Of a stretch of 32,000 nt of DNA, positions 8,419 through 17,187 are shown piece after piece. A program made the position numbers and the translations under genes. Source of the stretch: Candidatus Saccharimonadota bacterium (GTDB taxonomy: Bacteria > Patescibacteriota > Saccharimonadia > Saccharimonadales > Saccharimonadaceae); NCBI GenBank assembly GCA_039920285.1, contig JBDSDX010000001.1, positions 30,001-62,000 on the forward strand, read 5' to 3'. The notes beneath the pieces are model-generated. The model was not told the origin of the DNA. It did not search any database and saw only the letters and a list, made by a program, of their open reading frames with translations. How positions within the stretch are numbered: the stretch's first letter is position 1; each line of letters begins with the position of its first letter.

Positions 8419-9019
8419 ATAACCTCACGATTGTTCCTAACGTCATTGGGACGCTCAGTCCCACACTGTCCCAACAAGCACGGATATGAAAATCAATATA
8501 GCCACTTGATGACTTGAGCGCTTCAACCCAGATACCATCAGCAGATTGGAAAGTATTTCCAGTACCGTAGGTCAGTTGCGAGAAACTAGTGGCTAACTTG
8601 AGAGAGGATACTGCTTTGTAATACACGGCATTACGTGGGTCAACAGCAAATGCACCGTTCTGGTGAGTTGTCGGGCAGGTCGCCCCAACATTGAAATCAG
8701 ATGTGTTGGTGTTATTGATAGTGACAATATCACGGTGCATCTTGTTCCACTCTTCGGCTGGAGAAGTGACGTTATCTGTTTCGTCAAAAGTAATGCCTGG
8801 TTGATAGACGTTGACGTATGAGTCGTGCATAAATCGAAGTGTTTCAGCCTGAGCATCGATTTGCTGACGGACTAATGAGATTTCAAGTGAACGTTGTGAA
8901 GCAGCAGTTCCCTGGTTCATGATCGCCAGTGAACCAACAACAACTGAACTAAAGACTGCGACGGCAAACAGCACTTCAATAAGTGTGTCGCCGCGTTCAT
9001 TTTTTAGACGTTTTAACAT
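8402..9019 (-). CDS. minor pilin-like protein with atypical prepilin motif
   Basis: 205 aa. MLKRLKNERG|DTLIEVLFAVAVFSSVVVGSL keeps Gly-1 and Glu+5 but has Asp rather than Phe/Met at +1. It overlaps both neighbouring pilin genes. Confidence 0.7.
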   Translation of the reverse strand: MLKRLKNERGDTLIEVLFAVAVFSSVVVGSLAIMNQGTAASQRSLEISLVRQQIDAQAETLRFMHDSYVNVYQPGITFDETDNVTSPAEEWNKMHRDIVTINNTNTSDFNVGATCPTTHQNGAFAVDPRNAVYYKAVSSLKLATSFSQLTYGTGNTFQSADGIWVEALKSSSGYIDFHIRACWDSVGLSVPMTLGTIVRLYEPQG

Positions 9020-9843
9020 TGGAGTGAATACTGCCCATCTCCGCGAGTACCGGTCAACCCATCGATATATGCATTAGACCTGGTTTCGACAGAACTTGGT
9101 CCTGATGCGGCCGCGTAGATATAGATTGACTGATCTGATCCGAGAATTGAACCGTTTGAATCAATGCAGAGCGTCCTTGAACCCTGTTTACCCGGTGCGG
9201 TCACACCAGCAACGATCATCGCTTTCAATGTTGTCGGGCTTGGGTCAGCTGGCACAATGTCGCTCGTAAAAGTGTAGGTCACCCCAGTTTCTGGTGAACG
9301 TATGAAAAGCATAGCAATTGAACGGGAACTTCCTGAAGGTTTACTGCCTTGGCCCAGCGTTGGCCACGCAATGCGTGCACCCCATTCAAGTTGTGAATCG
9401 TCTTTCGTGTCGCTCGCGAGATTATAATTATAACTATTCGCCATTTTCGAGACATCAGTATCACCAGGAACAGCTGCCGGTGGGTTAGATAGCTTTCTTG
9501 CGGTCACACTATACGCGGTAATGTCAGAATCAACGATCGTCACATAGCGACCGACTAGTTCACAATCACTTTGCCCGACAGGCACACCATCCGTTGGAAT
9601 CGACGTCGCTATCGTTGATCCATTCGCATCACAGGTCCAACCACTGTCACGACCATTTCGGACACTGGAAAGTTCAGCATATTGACCTTGAAGAAATGAC
9701 TTAAAGGTTTCGACTGAGTCTTTGTACCGCTGAATTCCGATAGTAGCGCCAGTCCCCGCCAAGAGAGAGACAATCAAAATACCGCTGATTCCTAGAAACA
9801 GCATTGTTTCGATGATCGTGAAGCCGTGTGAACGATTGCCCAT
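9013..9843 (-). CDS. minor pilin with prepilin-type N-terminal motif
   Basis: 276 aa. MGNRSHG|FTIIETMLFLGISGILIVSLL has a class III signal with Glu+5. Confidence 0.8.
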   Translation of the reverse strand: MGNRSHGFTIIETMLFLGISGILIVSLLAGTGATIGIQRYKDSVETFKSFLQGQYAELSSVRNGRDSGWTCDANGSTIATSIPTDGVPVGQSDCELVGRYVTIVDSDITAYSVTARKLSNPPAAVPGDTDVSKMANSYNYNLASDTKDDSQLEWGARIAWPTLGQGSKPSGSSRSIAMLFIRSPETGVTYTFTSDIVPADPSPTTLKAMIVAGVTAPGKQGSRTLCIDSNGSILGSDQSIYIYAAASGPSSVETRSNAYIDGLTGTRGDGQYSLQC

Positions 9844-9881
9844 TTGAGCTTCATTATAGCATAAGCACTACTGTAAAAGTG

Positions 9882-10769
9882 CTAGATGAGTGTCGAAAGA
9901 TAGAGGCTCACGATTCCCGTGCCAATGAGCTGAGCAACGATTGTGCCAGCAATGAGCAAAGGACCGAATGGAACGCGCGAGTTGCGTTTCAATTTTTTAG
10001 TGACTAACAGTGGTATCACGATAAAACAACCGATCAGATTAGCCATAAAGAGGGCTACTAACGCAAGCTGCCAATCAATTAAGAGCAGTGCTAAGCCGAT
10101 ACCAAGCTTTACGTCACCCAGTCCCACCCAACGGCCCTTCGAGACGACGTACAAGACAAGATACAAGCCGCTGAGGATACCAACGCCACCAGCTGCGCTG
10201 AGTACTGTCGCAAGGGCATCGTGTGACTGCTGAGTTGCAATAACAACTGTCGCAACTCCTAGACCTGCGAGAACAATATTCAGCTTATCAGGAAGTAAGA
10301 ACCACTTAATGTCATAGGCTGCTAACATTGCCAACACCACACCTGAGGCTAACCAGATAAAGAATCGAGCAGTTTCGAGTGATGTATTGAGATCGAATGG
10401 CCAAAGTGCATAGGAAACGACGAAGAACGCTGCGACTGAGAGCTCAATCAATAGTTCAAAGTAACCGATTGGTTTACGACAGTGGCGACACTTCCCTTTC
10501 AGGCTTAGCCAGCTCACAATCGGCACGAGGTCATACCATTTCAACTGATAATCACAGTGCAAACAATGCGAATGGTCTTTCGACAGCTTCACCTTTGCAA
10601 GAGGAAGAAGTTTTTTATATTCCTTCTCATCAACTTTTTCACCGAGTTTCTTATCATGCTTCAATTGACGTGCACGCAAACGCCATACTGTCGCGCCAGC
10701 GAAACTCCCAAACGTAGCACCAAGAATGATCAGTGCAAAATAGATAACAAATTCCATAAGCACTATCAT
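9882..10769 (-). CDS. pilD: prepilin peptidase / N-methyltransferase (A24 family)
   Basis: 295 aa polytopic protein. It has the Cys-rich cytoplasmic loop CLHCDYQL...CRHCRKPI and the two catalytic Asp contexts AAYDIKWFLLPD and GLGDVKLG. Confidence 0.9.
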   Translation of the reverse strand: MIVLMEFVIYFALIILGATFGSFAGATVWRLRARQLKHDKKLGEKVDEKEYKKLLPLAKVKLSKDHSHCLHCDYQLKWYDLVPIVSWLSLKGKCRHCRKPIGYFELLIELSVAAFFVVSYALWPFDLNTSLETARFFIWLASGVVLAMLAAYDIKWFLLPDKLNIVLAGLGVATVVIATQQSHDALATVLSAAGGVGILSGLYLVLYVVSKGRWVGLGDVKLGIGLALLLIDWQLALVALFMANLIGCFIVIPLLVTKKLKRNSRVPFGPLLIAGTIVAQLIGTGIVSLYLSTLI

Positions 10770-10789
10770 AGCAAGATTACCGACGAAAA

Positions 10790-10817
10790 CAAAAAAGCTC
10801 CGGAAGGAGCTTTTTTA
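10790..10817 (-). terminator. intrinsic terminator/attenuator downstream of pilA (perfectly symmetric, would work in both directions)
   Basis: AAAAAAGCTCC-GGAA-GGAGCTTTTTT sits between the pilA stop and the pilD start. On the minus strand the stem is followed by TTTTTTGTTTT. Coordinates are +/-1 nt. Confidence 0.7.
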
Positions 10818-10830
10818 AAAACTATCTCAC

Positions 10831-11349
10831 CTAGTTGGTCTGACAGTATGGACTACCAGTGCTTGGTCCACTTTCAAGCGCTACCAAGATCGCTGCTTGC
10901 TTTGTCGTACCCTTCACAATTTGGTTGTTAGCGGTACCACATTTAAATCCGTACCAGACTTTGATTTCATCATCGTACAATGTTTTTCCGCTCGCGCCAC
11001 TTGTTCCAAGTGCTGCGGTGATTGCAACAGGACTTGCGCCACCACCATTGGCATATGACGTAGCTGCGACAATGACTTTCGTACCGCTATCGAGTGTTGT
11101 TGCGCCGGTTGTGCCGGTCACGTACTGCATAATGTCAGCTGCGGTTGGTTGCGCGTTACGGTTATTGCTCATGAAACTTCCAATTGCTGAACCAACGGCA
11201 CTGGCTTCGTTCTTACGAGCTGAGTCACGTTGACTGCGCTGCAGAGATGGCAACGCGATGAAGACCATGAGGAAGATAAGACCAGCAATCGCGAGTACCA
11301 ACACGACTTCGATGATGGTGAAACCTTTTGCTTTTTGTTGAACGTTCAT
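10831..11349 (-). CDS. pilA: major type IVa-like pilin
   Basis: MNVQQKAKG|FTIIEVVLVLAIAGLIFLMVFIALPSLQRSQRD has a short leader, Phe+1 and Glu+5. A C-terminal Cys pair (FKCGT...SPYCQTN) fits a disulfide-bonded D-region. The gene has its own promoter-like sequence and terminator. The ORF track starts at GTG 11364. I prefer ATG 11349, which gives a 9-aa leader, but either is possible. Confidence 0.85.
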   Translation of the reverse strand: MNVQQKAKGFTIIEVVLVLAIAGLIFLMVFIALPSLQRSQRDSARKNEASAVGSAIGSFMSNNRNAQPTAADIMQYVTGTTGATTLDSGTKVIVAATSYANGGGASPVAITAALGTSGASGKTLYDDEIKVWYGFKCGTANNQIVKGTTKQAAILVALESGPSTGSPYCQTN

Positions 11350-11398
11350 AGGAACTTTTTCCACCTTTCGTATGAACAGATTTTTACTGCTTATGTTA

Positions 11399-11427
11399 AT
11401 AGTAGCCCAGGGAATAATAATTGTCTA
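11399..11427 (-). promoter_or_regulatory. candidate sigma70-type promoter for pilA
   Basis: The minus strand reads TAGACA-17 nt-TACTAT in the 68-nt pilC-pilA gap. This is a match by eye only. Confidence 0.3.
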
Positions 11428-11432
11428 GTCAT

Positions 11433-12647
11433 TTACCCGACGTTGATGCCGTTTACGAGGCCGTAGATCGGAAGCAGCACTGCTCCGACCATTCCACCAG
11501 CAACAACAGCGAGTACCACCATCAGGATCGGTTCGATTGCAGTTGAAATGGTACGAATCTGTTCGTCAAGCTCATCTTCATAGATTTGGGCGACTTTTCC
11601 CATCATTTCGTCAATACGACCAGATTGTTCACCAATCTTAATCATCTGTGGAACGAGCGGCGTAATTGTATTCTCTACTTCGAGAGCAGCTGAGAGCGCT
11701 TTTCCTGATTGAACTTTGTCGGTTGCACGGACAAGACTCTCTTCAACCAAACGGTTGTTGATAGCGTGACCAGTCACCTTGAGCATATCAATCATACTCA
11801 CCCCAGTACTGAGCAAGGTTTGACCGGTACGGGCAAAACGAGCCATGTATAGTTTGCGGAACATTGGGCCAAAGACAGGTGCGCGAAGTTTGACCGTATC
11901 CCAGAGACGAATCCCCGCATCAGTCTTTCGATACTGATTAATAAAGTACACTCCGGCCACAACAACGATAATAACGATCCACCAGAAATTGGTCAGGAAG
12001 TTCGCGGCCGTCACCATAACCTGAGTAATCCACGGAAGTTGTTTATCAAGATCTTTATACAGTTTTTCAACTTGTGGAACGACGGTGAACAACATAAAGG
12101 CCATCACACCAAAGATGACGACCAACACGATAACTGGATACGTTAATGCACCTTTAATCTTACTCGCAATGGCGGCATCTTTTTCTTGTTGGTTAGCAAC
12201 GCGGACCAATGAGTCATCAAGCGTTCCCGATAACTCACCTGCCGAGACGAGTGAAATAAAGACTTCGTTAAAGACGTTCGGGTGTTTGGCGAATGATTCA
12301 GACAGCGATTTACCACCTTCAACTGCACCAGAGATGTCTTGGACAATTGATTGTAACTGCTTGTTCTGAGTCTGCTCCAAGACCGTGTGAAGACTCTGAC
12401 TCAGTGGCAATCCTGCACCAATCAGTGTTGCGAGTTGACGAGTAAAGACGACTTTATCTTTCGTCGTAATGCGTCCTGTGATACGAGCGAAAAGACTGCC
12501 GTCACCGATTTGTTCATGGATCGATAGTGGCACAAACCCTTGCTTGATCAGTAAACGAGCAGCTGAGTTTTCAGATTCAGCCTGAAGTGTCGCTTTGACG
12601 ATTTTGTTGGTTGCCTGATCACGGGCTTCGTAAGCAAATTTCTTCAC
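11433..12647 (-). CDS. pilC: type IV pilus platform protein (GspF/PilC family)
   Basis: 404 aa with the duplicated T2SS-F domain layout, three TM segments and motifs such as LATLIGAGLPL and LSTGVSMIDML. It starts at GTG, with GAGG 8 nt upstream. Confidence 0.9.
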   Translation of the reverse strand: MKKFAYEARDQATNKIVKATLQAESENSAARLLIKQGFVPLSIHEQIGDGSLFARITGRITTKDKVVFTRQLATLIGAGLPLSQSLHTVLEQTQNKQLQSIVQDISGAVEGGKSLSESFAKHPNVFNEVFISLVSAGELSGTLDDSLVRVANQQEKDAAIASKIKGALTYPVIVLVVIFGVMAFMLFTVVPQVEKLYKDLDKQLPWITQVMVTAANFLTNFWWIVIIVVVAGVYFINQYRKTDAGIRLWDTVKLRAPVFGPMFRKLYMARFARTGQTLLSTGVSMIDMLKVTGHAINNRLVEESLVRATDKVQSGKALSAALEVENTITPLVPQMIKIGEQSGRIDEMMGKVAQIYEDELDEQIRTISTAIEPILMVVLAVVAGGMVGAVLLPIYGLVNGINVG

Positions 12648-12650
12648 GCG

Positions 12651-13721
12651 TTAGCCTCGCATTAACCTTTCGAATTCAGCCAAGTCGACAGCGTACTCAC
12701 GCGCACTATCGTAGGTGATCGTACCGGCTTGAACAAGACTCACGAGTGTACGGTCCATCGTCTGCATTCCTTGGTCGGCACCCGTTTGGATGATGGCATC
12801 GAGTTGGTGAGCCTTTCCTTCACGAATAATGTTACGGACAGCAGAGTTGGCGACCAGAATTTCGGCAGCGGCAACACGTCCTCCACCGATAGATGGCACG
12901 AGGCGCTGTGACACAATGGCCATCAAAATGTTCGAAAGCTGCGCACGAATTTGCGGTTGTTGGTGTGGCGGGAAAACGTCGATCATACGGTCGATTGATT
13001 GTGCGGCTGAGTTGGTATGGAGTGTCGCAAAGACAAGGTGTCCCGTTTCAGCAATCGTAATTGCTGCTGAGATCGTCTCTAGGTCACGCATCTCACCAAT
13101 CAAGACAACATCGGGGTCCTGACGTAGGCTTGAACGGAGTGCAGCCGAGAAGCTATAGGTGTCATAGTGAACTTCACGTTGGACAACCACTGATTTCTTT
13201 GACTTGTGAGTAAACTCGATCGGGTCTTCAATCGTAATAATGTGGTTCGCTTTTTCAGTATTAATCTTGTCGACAAGCGCAGCCAGTGTGGTCGACTTAC
13301 CTGACCCAGTTGGTCCGGTAACAAGCACGAGTCCTCGTGGGAAATCAGCAAAACCAAGCACGACATTTGGCATACCGAGTTCGGTGATTGACTTAATTTC
13401 ATTCGGAATCAAACGAAGTGCAGCGGCAAGGTTACCACGTTCGTGAAAGGCGTTCACACGGAAACGACCGAGTGTACCGAAGGCGAAGCTAAAGTCGAAT
13501 TCTTTATCTTTCAAAAGAATCTGACGTTGATCCTGGTCCAAAATAGCAAAAATAAGCGTTTCGACAGAGGCTTCGTCGAGAGGATTAAAGCCAGCAACCG
13601 GCACTAAAGAGCCATCAATACGGAGCATTGGTGGCAAACCGACTTGTAAGTGAAGGTCGGATGCGCGTCGGCGCACGACTTCTTCGAGTAGGACTTCAAT
13701 TCTGAGTTGTTGCGGTTGCAT
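12651..13721 (-). CDS. pilT: twitching-motility retraction ATPase
   Basis: 356 aa. Walker A GPTGSGKSTT, Walker B/Asp box, His box, and the PilT-specific AVRNIIREGK motif near the C-terminus. Confidence 0.9.
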   Translation of the reverse strand: MQPQQLRIEVLLEEVVRRRASDLHLQVGLPPMLRIDGSLVPVAGFNPLDEASVETLIFAILDQDQRQILLKDKEFDFSFAFGTLGRFRVNAFHERGNLAAALRLIPNEIKSITELGMPNVVLGFADFPRGLVLVTGPTGSGKSTTLAALVDKINTEKANHIITIEDPIEFTHKSKKSVVVQREVHYDTYSFSAALRSSLRQDPDVVLIGEMRDLETISAAITIAETGHLVFATLHTNSAAQSIDRMIDVFPPHQQPQIRAQLSNILMAIVSQRLVPSIGGGRVAAAEILVANSAVRNIIREGKAHQLDAIIQTGADQGMQTMDRTLVSLVQAGTITYDSAREYAVDLAEFERLMRG

Positions 13722-13736
13722 ATTTATCTCTCCACC

Positions 13737-15500
13737 TTATGCCGTATCTGACGTGACGCGGTTAACTTCCTCTATTGTCGTGAGTCCGGAGAGTGCCTTA
13801 AGGTACCCATCCTGACGCATCGTAATCATTCCTTGTGACACTGCAAGTCGCTGAATCTGTCCGCTTGTGGCGTGATCAATGATAAGTTTTTGAATATCAG
13901 TGTTCACATCCATGACTTCGTAGATACCGGCACGACCGCTGTAACCATGAGGAGTTTGAGGAGTATCAATACCTCTTACCAAAGTATAAGCGCTTTGGTC
14001 CGCCAGGGGAAGGTCTTTGTAGCCTAAATCTTGTGAAACCTTCGCAACGTCTGCTGCAGTTTTCGGCAAAAGATGACCAATAGTTGCCTTAATGTTCTGT
14101 GTTTCAATCGGTGTTGACTGATAGGTCTCCCGTTTATTTGAAACGCGACGCACCAAACGCTGACCAATAATCGTATTAACCGTACTTGCGATCAAGAATG
14201 GTTCAATATCCATATCGAGCAAACGCGGCAAGACACCGGCAGCGCTATTGGTGTGAAGTGTACTAAAGACAAGGTGTCCCGTCAGGGCGGCCTGGACTGC
14301 CAGTGCTGCGGTCTCGCCGTCACGGATCTCTCCTACCATCACGACGTCAGGGTCCTGACGCAGAATTGAACGAAGACCATTGGCGAACGTTAATCCAACG
14401 TCGGCGTTGACCTGAATTTGATTGACGCCTTCCATTTTGTACTCAACTGGGTCTTCGAGTGTGACGATATTGACGGTGTCATTCTTAATTTCTTTGATCA
14501 ACGCGTAGAGACTTGTCGACTTACCTGATCCAGTTGGTCCAGACGTCAGCACCATTCCGTTTGGTCGTTTCACACCGCGACGAATGACACGGAGCGCGCG
14601 TCCCGCGTAGCCCATTTCTTCAATATCAAATGAGTTACCCGTTTTATCAAGTAGACGAATGACAATTTGTTCACCCCAAACAACTGGACTGATGGCAATA
14701 CGAAGGTCAACTTCTTTGTTGGCGATTTTAACGGTAAATTGACCATCCTGAGGGACACGGTGTTCGTCAATTTTTAGGTTCGCAAGAATTTTTACACGAC
14801 TCACAAGCGCTGGTTCAATACTCTTTGGTAGCTGCATAATCTCACGCAACACACCGTCGACGCGACAACGAATTTTGAGTGCATTTTCGAGTGGTTCGAT
14901 GTGGATATCACTGGCACGAGACTTGATAGCGTATTCCAAAATTTTGCTCAGTGCCTGACTGATCGGCGAATCTTGAACAATCGTTTTAACATCACTGGCC
15001 TCTTCGGCTTTCGCTTCTTCGACTGAAACTTCAGCGGCTTTGTCGACGCTCGAAAGGTCGGTACGATATTGATCCAATACATGGCGGACACCGGCCTCTG
15101 AGGCCATAAACACCTTGAGCGGACGTTGAATACGATTGGCCAAATAATCGACTGCCTGTACGTTGTTAGCATCGATCATTGCAACCGCAAGACGGTTCTG
15201 TACCTCTGCAAGAGGGACTGCCATGAAGCGTTCAGCGATATCTTCCGGTAATAGTCCGAGGATGTTTTGATCAATTAATGTGTTCGTTAAGTTAACGTAA
15301 GGAACGCCTGAGACTTGAGCAATTGCGTGGGTCAACAATTCATCATCGACGATTGCTTGTTCAGTGAGCAGACTAAAGAGTGGTTTGCTGTTTTTGATTG
15401 CCTCAGCTTCGACTGCCTGAAGGACACTTGAAGACACTAGTCCCTCGTCAACGAGTAACTTGATGAGCTTCCCTTGGATGTCATCAGTCAATAAAGCCAT
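13737..15500 (-). CDS. pilB: type IV pilus assembly (extension) ATPase, GspE/PilB family
   Basis: 587 aa. N-terminal MshEN/T2SSE_N-like domain, Walker A GPTGSGKSTS, and RQDPDVVMVGEIRD. SD TAAGGA lies 7 nt upstream of the ATG. Confidence 0.9.
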   Translation of the reverse strand: MALLTDDIQGKLIKLLVDEGLVSSSVLQAVEAEAIKNSKPLFSLLTEQAIVDDELLTHAIAQVSGVPYVNLTNTLIDQNILGLLPEDIAERFMAVPLAEVQNRLAVAMIDANNVQAVDYLANRIQRPLKVFMASEAGVRHVLDQYRTDLSSVDKAAEVSVEEAKAEEASDVKTIVQDSPISQALSKILEYAIKSRASDIHIEPLENALKIRCRVDGVLREIMQLPKSIEPALVSRVKILANLKIDEHRVPQDGQFTVKIANKEVDLRIAISPVVWGEQIVIRLLDKTGNSFDIEEMGYAGRALRVIRRGVKRPNGMVLTSGPTGSGKSTSLYALIKEIKNDTVNIVTLEDPVEYKMEGVNQIQVNADVGLTFANGLRSILRQDPDVVMVGEIRDGETAALAVQAALTGHLVFSTLHTNSAAGVLPRLLDMDIEPFLIASTVNTIIGQRLVRRVSNKRETYQSTPIETQNIKATIGHLLPKTAADVAKVSQDLGYKDLPLADQSAYTLVRGIDTPQTPHGYSGRAGIYEVMDVNTDIQKLIIDHATSGQIQRLAVSQGMITMRQDGYLKALSGLTTIEEVNRVTSDTA

Positions 15501-15510
15501 GGATCAATCC

Positions 15511-15762
15511 TTACTGACCTGTCGGTGGAGTTGTCGTTTGGGTCGATTCTGAACCAAGCGAAATACTCCAGGTTGGGTTGATAGCATTCTCATTGAAGAT
15601 AGTTGGACTCGGTTCTTCGATGGTCGAGCTAATTGGGTCAATCGTCTGAACATTCACGGATTCGGTCGTCCCTTCACCGAAGATAGACTTCGTGACAAAG
15701 AAAGCGACAAGAATGCCTACTGAGGCAATGAGAACAATCATCGCAATATCACTTCGTTTCAT
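15511..15762 (-). CDS. small single-pass membrane protein (occupies the position PilP has in diderm loci; no recognisable similarity)
   Basis: 83 aa with one TM helix (IAMIVLIASVGILVAFFV) and a Thr/Ser/Pro-rich tail. Its ATG overlaps the upstream stop as TAATG. Confidence 0.5.
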   Translation of the reverse strand: MKRSDIAMIVLIASVGILVAFFVTKSIFGEGTTESVNVQTIDPISSTIEEPSPTIFNENAINPTWSISLGSESTQTTTPPTGQ

Positions 15763-16457
15763 TATGGTTTCACCGCCTTATCATGTAATTCAACCGTCTT
15801 GGCTGGCTCATAGAAAGCACGTCCCTGCACACTCATGAGTTGTTGTGAGCCTTGGTTTTCAATACGAAGTGACGTAATGTCGATAGCGCGGATCGAACGC
15901 TCAAGGTTATTCAGAACCTGCTTTAGGGCTGCTTGGTCACCGATAACTGAGAACTGGAAAGTAATCTGGTTAGAACTTACTGAGTCGCTGAGTGAAGCGT
16001 CTTGAACAGCCGCATCACCAGACACTTCAACTCCCACCACTGGATCAACCTGAAGTGATTCGAGTGATAGCCCAGGAATACCAGCAAGTAATTTATTCTG
16101 TAACGATGCACCGAGCGCTAACGAGTTAGCATCTGCTGGAAGTGCGTCAAGAATTACCTGAAGTGCTTGGTCATCAGGGTTTGCCTTTACCTTTGCAAGA
16201 GCTGCATTGGCATCAAGTACTCGGACTTGATCTTTTAAGGCACTGACGACACTATTGTTAGCCTGCAAGGTTGCAACGGTCTTCTCTTTCTCAGATAGTA
16301 CCTTTTCATTGAAGAACAATTTTTGCGCCAAGAAATAAGACACAACCAAAGCGCTTCCGACGATGACGGATGCAGCAGCAATCCAAAGGAGCATCATTCG
16401 ATTAGTTTTACTAATCTGTGTGCGCTTGCGTAGTGCGGTTTCTTTTTGTGGTTCCAT
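15762..16457 (-). CDS. pilO: PilO-like pilus alignment protein
   Basis: One TM helix (MMLLWIAAASVIVGSALVVSYFLA), then a coiled-coil segment (EKEKTVATLQANNSVVSALKDQVRVLD) and a C-terminal alpha/beta domain. The start is revised to the ATG at 16457 (MEPQKE...), 1 nt after the pilN stop. The track's longer ORF (to 16532) overlaps pilN by 74 nt. Confidence 0.5.
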   Translation of the reverse strand: MEPQKETALRKRTQISKTNRMMLLWIAAASVIVGSALVVSYFLAQKLFFNEKVLSEKEKTVATLQANNSVVSALKDQVRVLDANAALAKVKANPDDQALQVILDALPADANSLALGASLQNKLLAGIPGLSLESLQVDPVVGVEVSGDAAVQDASLSDSVSSNQITFQFSVIGDQAALKQVLNNLERSIRAIDITSLRIENQGSQQLMSVQGRAFYEPAKTVELHDKAVKP

Positions 16458-16458
16458 A

Positions 16459-17187
16459 CTAATTGCTCTCCAAATCTTTGGCCGCATCAGTAAAGATGCT
16501 TCGTGGAATTCCGATATACGAGTCAGTTGCATTACCTTGACCTGAAATCTTTATAGTCAGGCCGTCGATTTTCGGTGAGAAGAGCTCTTCAGCGTAGGTA
16601 AAGGTCATCGTGAAACGCAGAACTTTTGTGCCGCTGGTGTTTTCACCAAAGCTCACGTCTGAAGTGCTAATTTCACTGCCGAGTGCGACTGTTTGATCTT
16701 CTTTGTCATCTTTGTTTAGTTTGTAATTGATCACGGCATTGTTAATCGTCTTCTTGAAGACTTCGAGTGAGTCGTACCCACTGGTTTGACCTTCGATTGA
16801 AATCTTTTTAGTCGACGCATCGATAGAGACACCTGAAACTTGTACTTGGTTTTCAGCAACGGGTAGAATCGCGAGCAACATATCGAATAAACGTGAATCA
16901 AGTTTTTTCTCGTCGTTCAGCGCAGAAATCTTCGTCAACTGATTTTGAATCGTCAGCACTTTTGAAAGATCTTCAACGCCTGAAAGTTGAGTACTTCCCT
17001 TCTTGATATTGTCGTCGTCCACAACACCACGAACGGTCTGGACACCAAAGACATAGACTGACAATATAACGACGATCGCGATAGCGACGATACCAACAAC
17101 AATGGAGGTTGAAATAACGACAGCTCGAACCCGTTCAGCCTTGATCAGCTCTTGCTTGACGTCAGGGACAAGGTTAATTTCAATCAT
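16459..17187 (-). CDS. pilN: PilN-like pilus alignment protein
   Basis: 242 aa. The N-terminus MIEINLVPDVKQ resembles the PilN INLLP motif that binds PilM, and is followed by one TM helix. It has an ATGA overlap with pilM. Confidence 0.6.
   Translation of the reverse strand: MIEINLVPDVKQELIKAERVRAVVISTSIVVGIVAIAIVVILSVYVFGVQTVRGVVDDDNIKKGSTQLSGVEDLSKVLTIQNQLTKISALNDEKKLDSRLFDMLLAILPVAENQVQVSGVSIDASTKKISIEGQTSGYDSLEVFKKTINNAVINYKLNKDDKEDQTVALGSEISTSDVSFGENTSGTKVLRFTMTFTYAEELFSPKIDGLTIKISGQGNATDSYIGIPRSIFTDAAKDLESN

Noticed and set aside
10737-10923. There is an apparent 1-nt discrepancy. My hand count of the printed bases is one position higher than the ORF-track frames between about 10741 and 10920, which could look like a frameshift in the first codons of pilD.
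   Set aside because: Both strands' track ORFs read through cleanly (pilD, pilA and the 10557-10931 shadow ORF). The offset begins and ends exactly at line breaks, so I treat it as my own counting error in A/T runs. Non-CDS coordinates in this interval carry +/-1 nt uncertainty.
11365-11432. A sigma54 (GG-N10-GC) promoter upstream of pilA, as in many proteobacterial pilin genes.
   Set aside because: The only GG-containing stretch (CCTGGGCTACTATT) lacks the properly spaced GC element. A sigma70-like TAGACA-17-TACTAT fits better.
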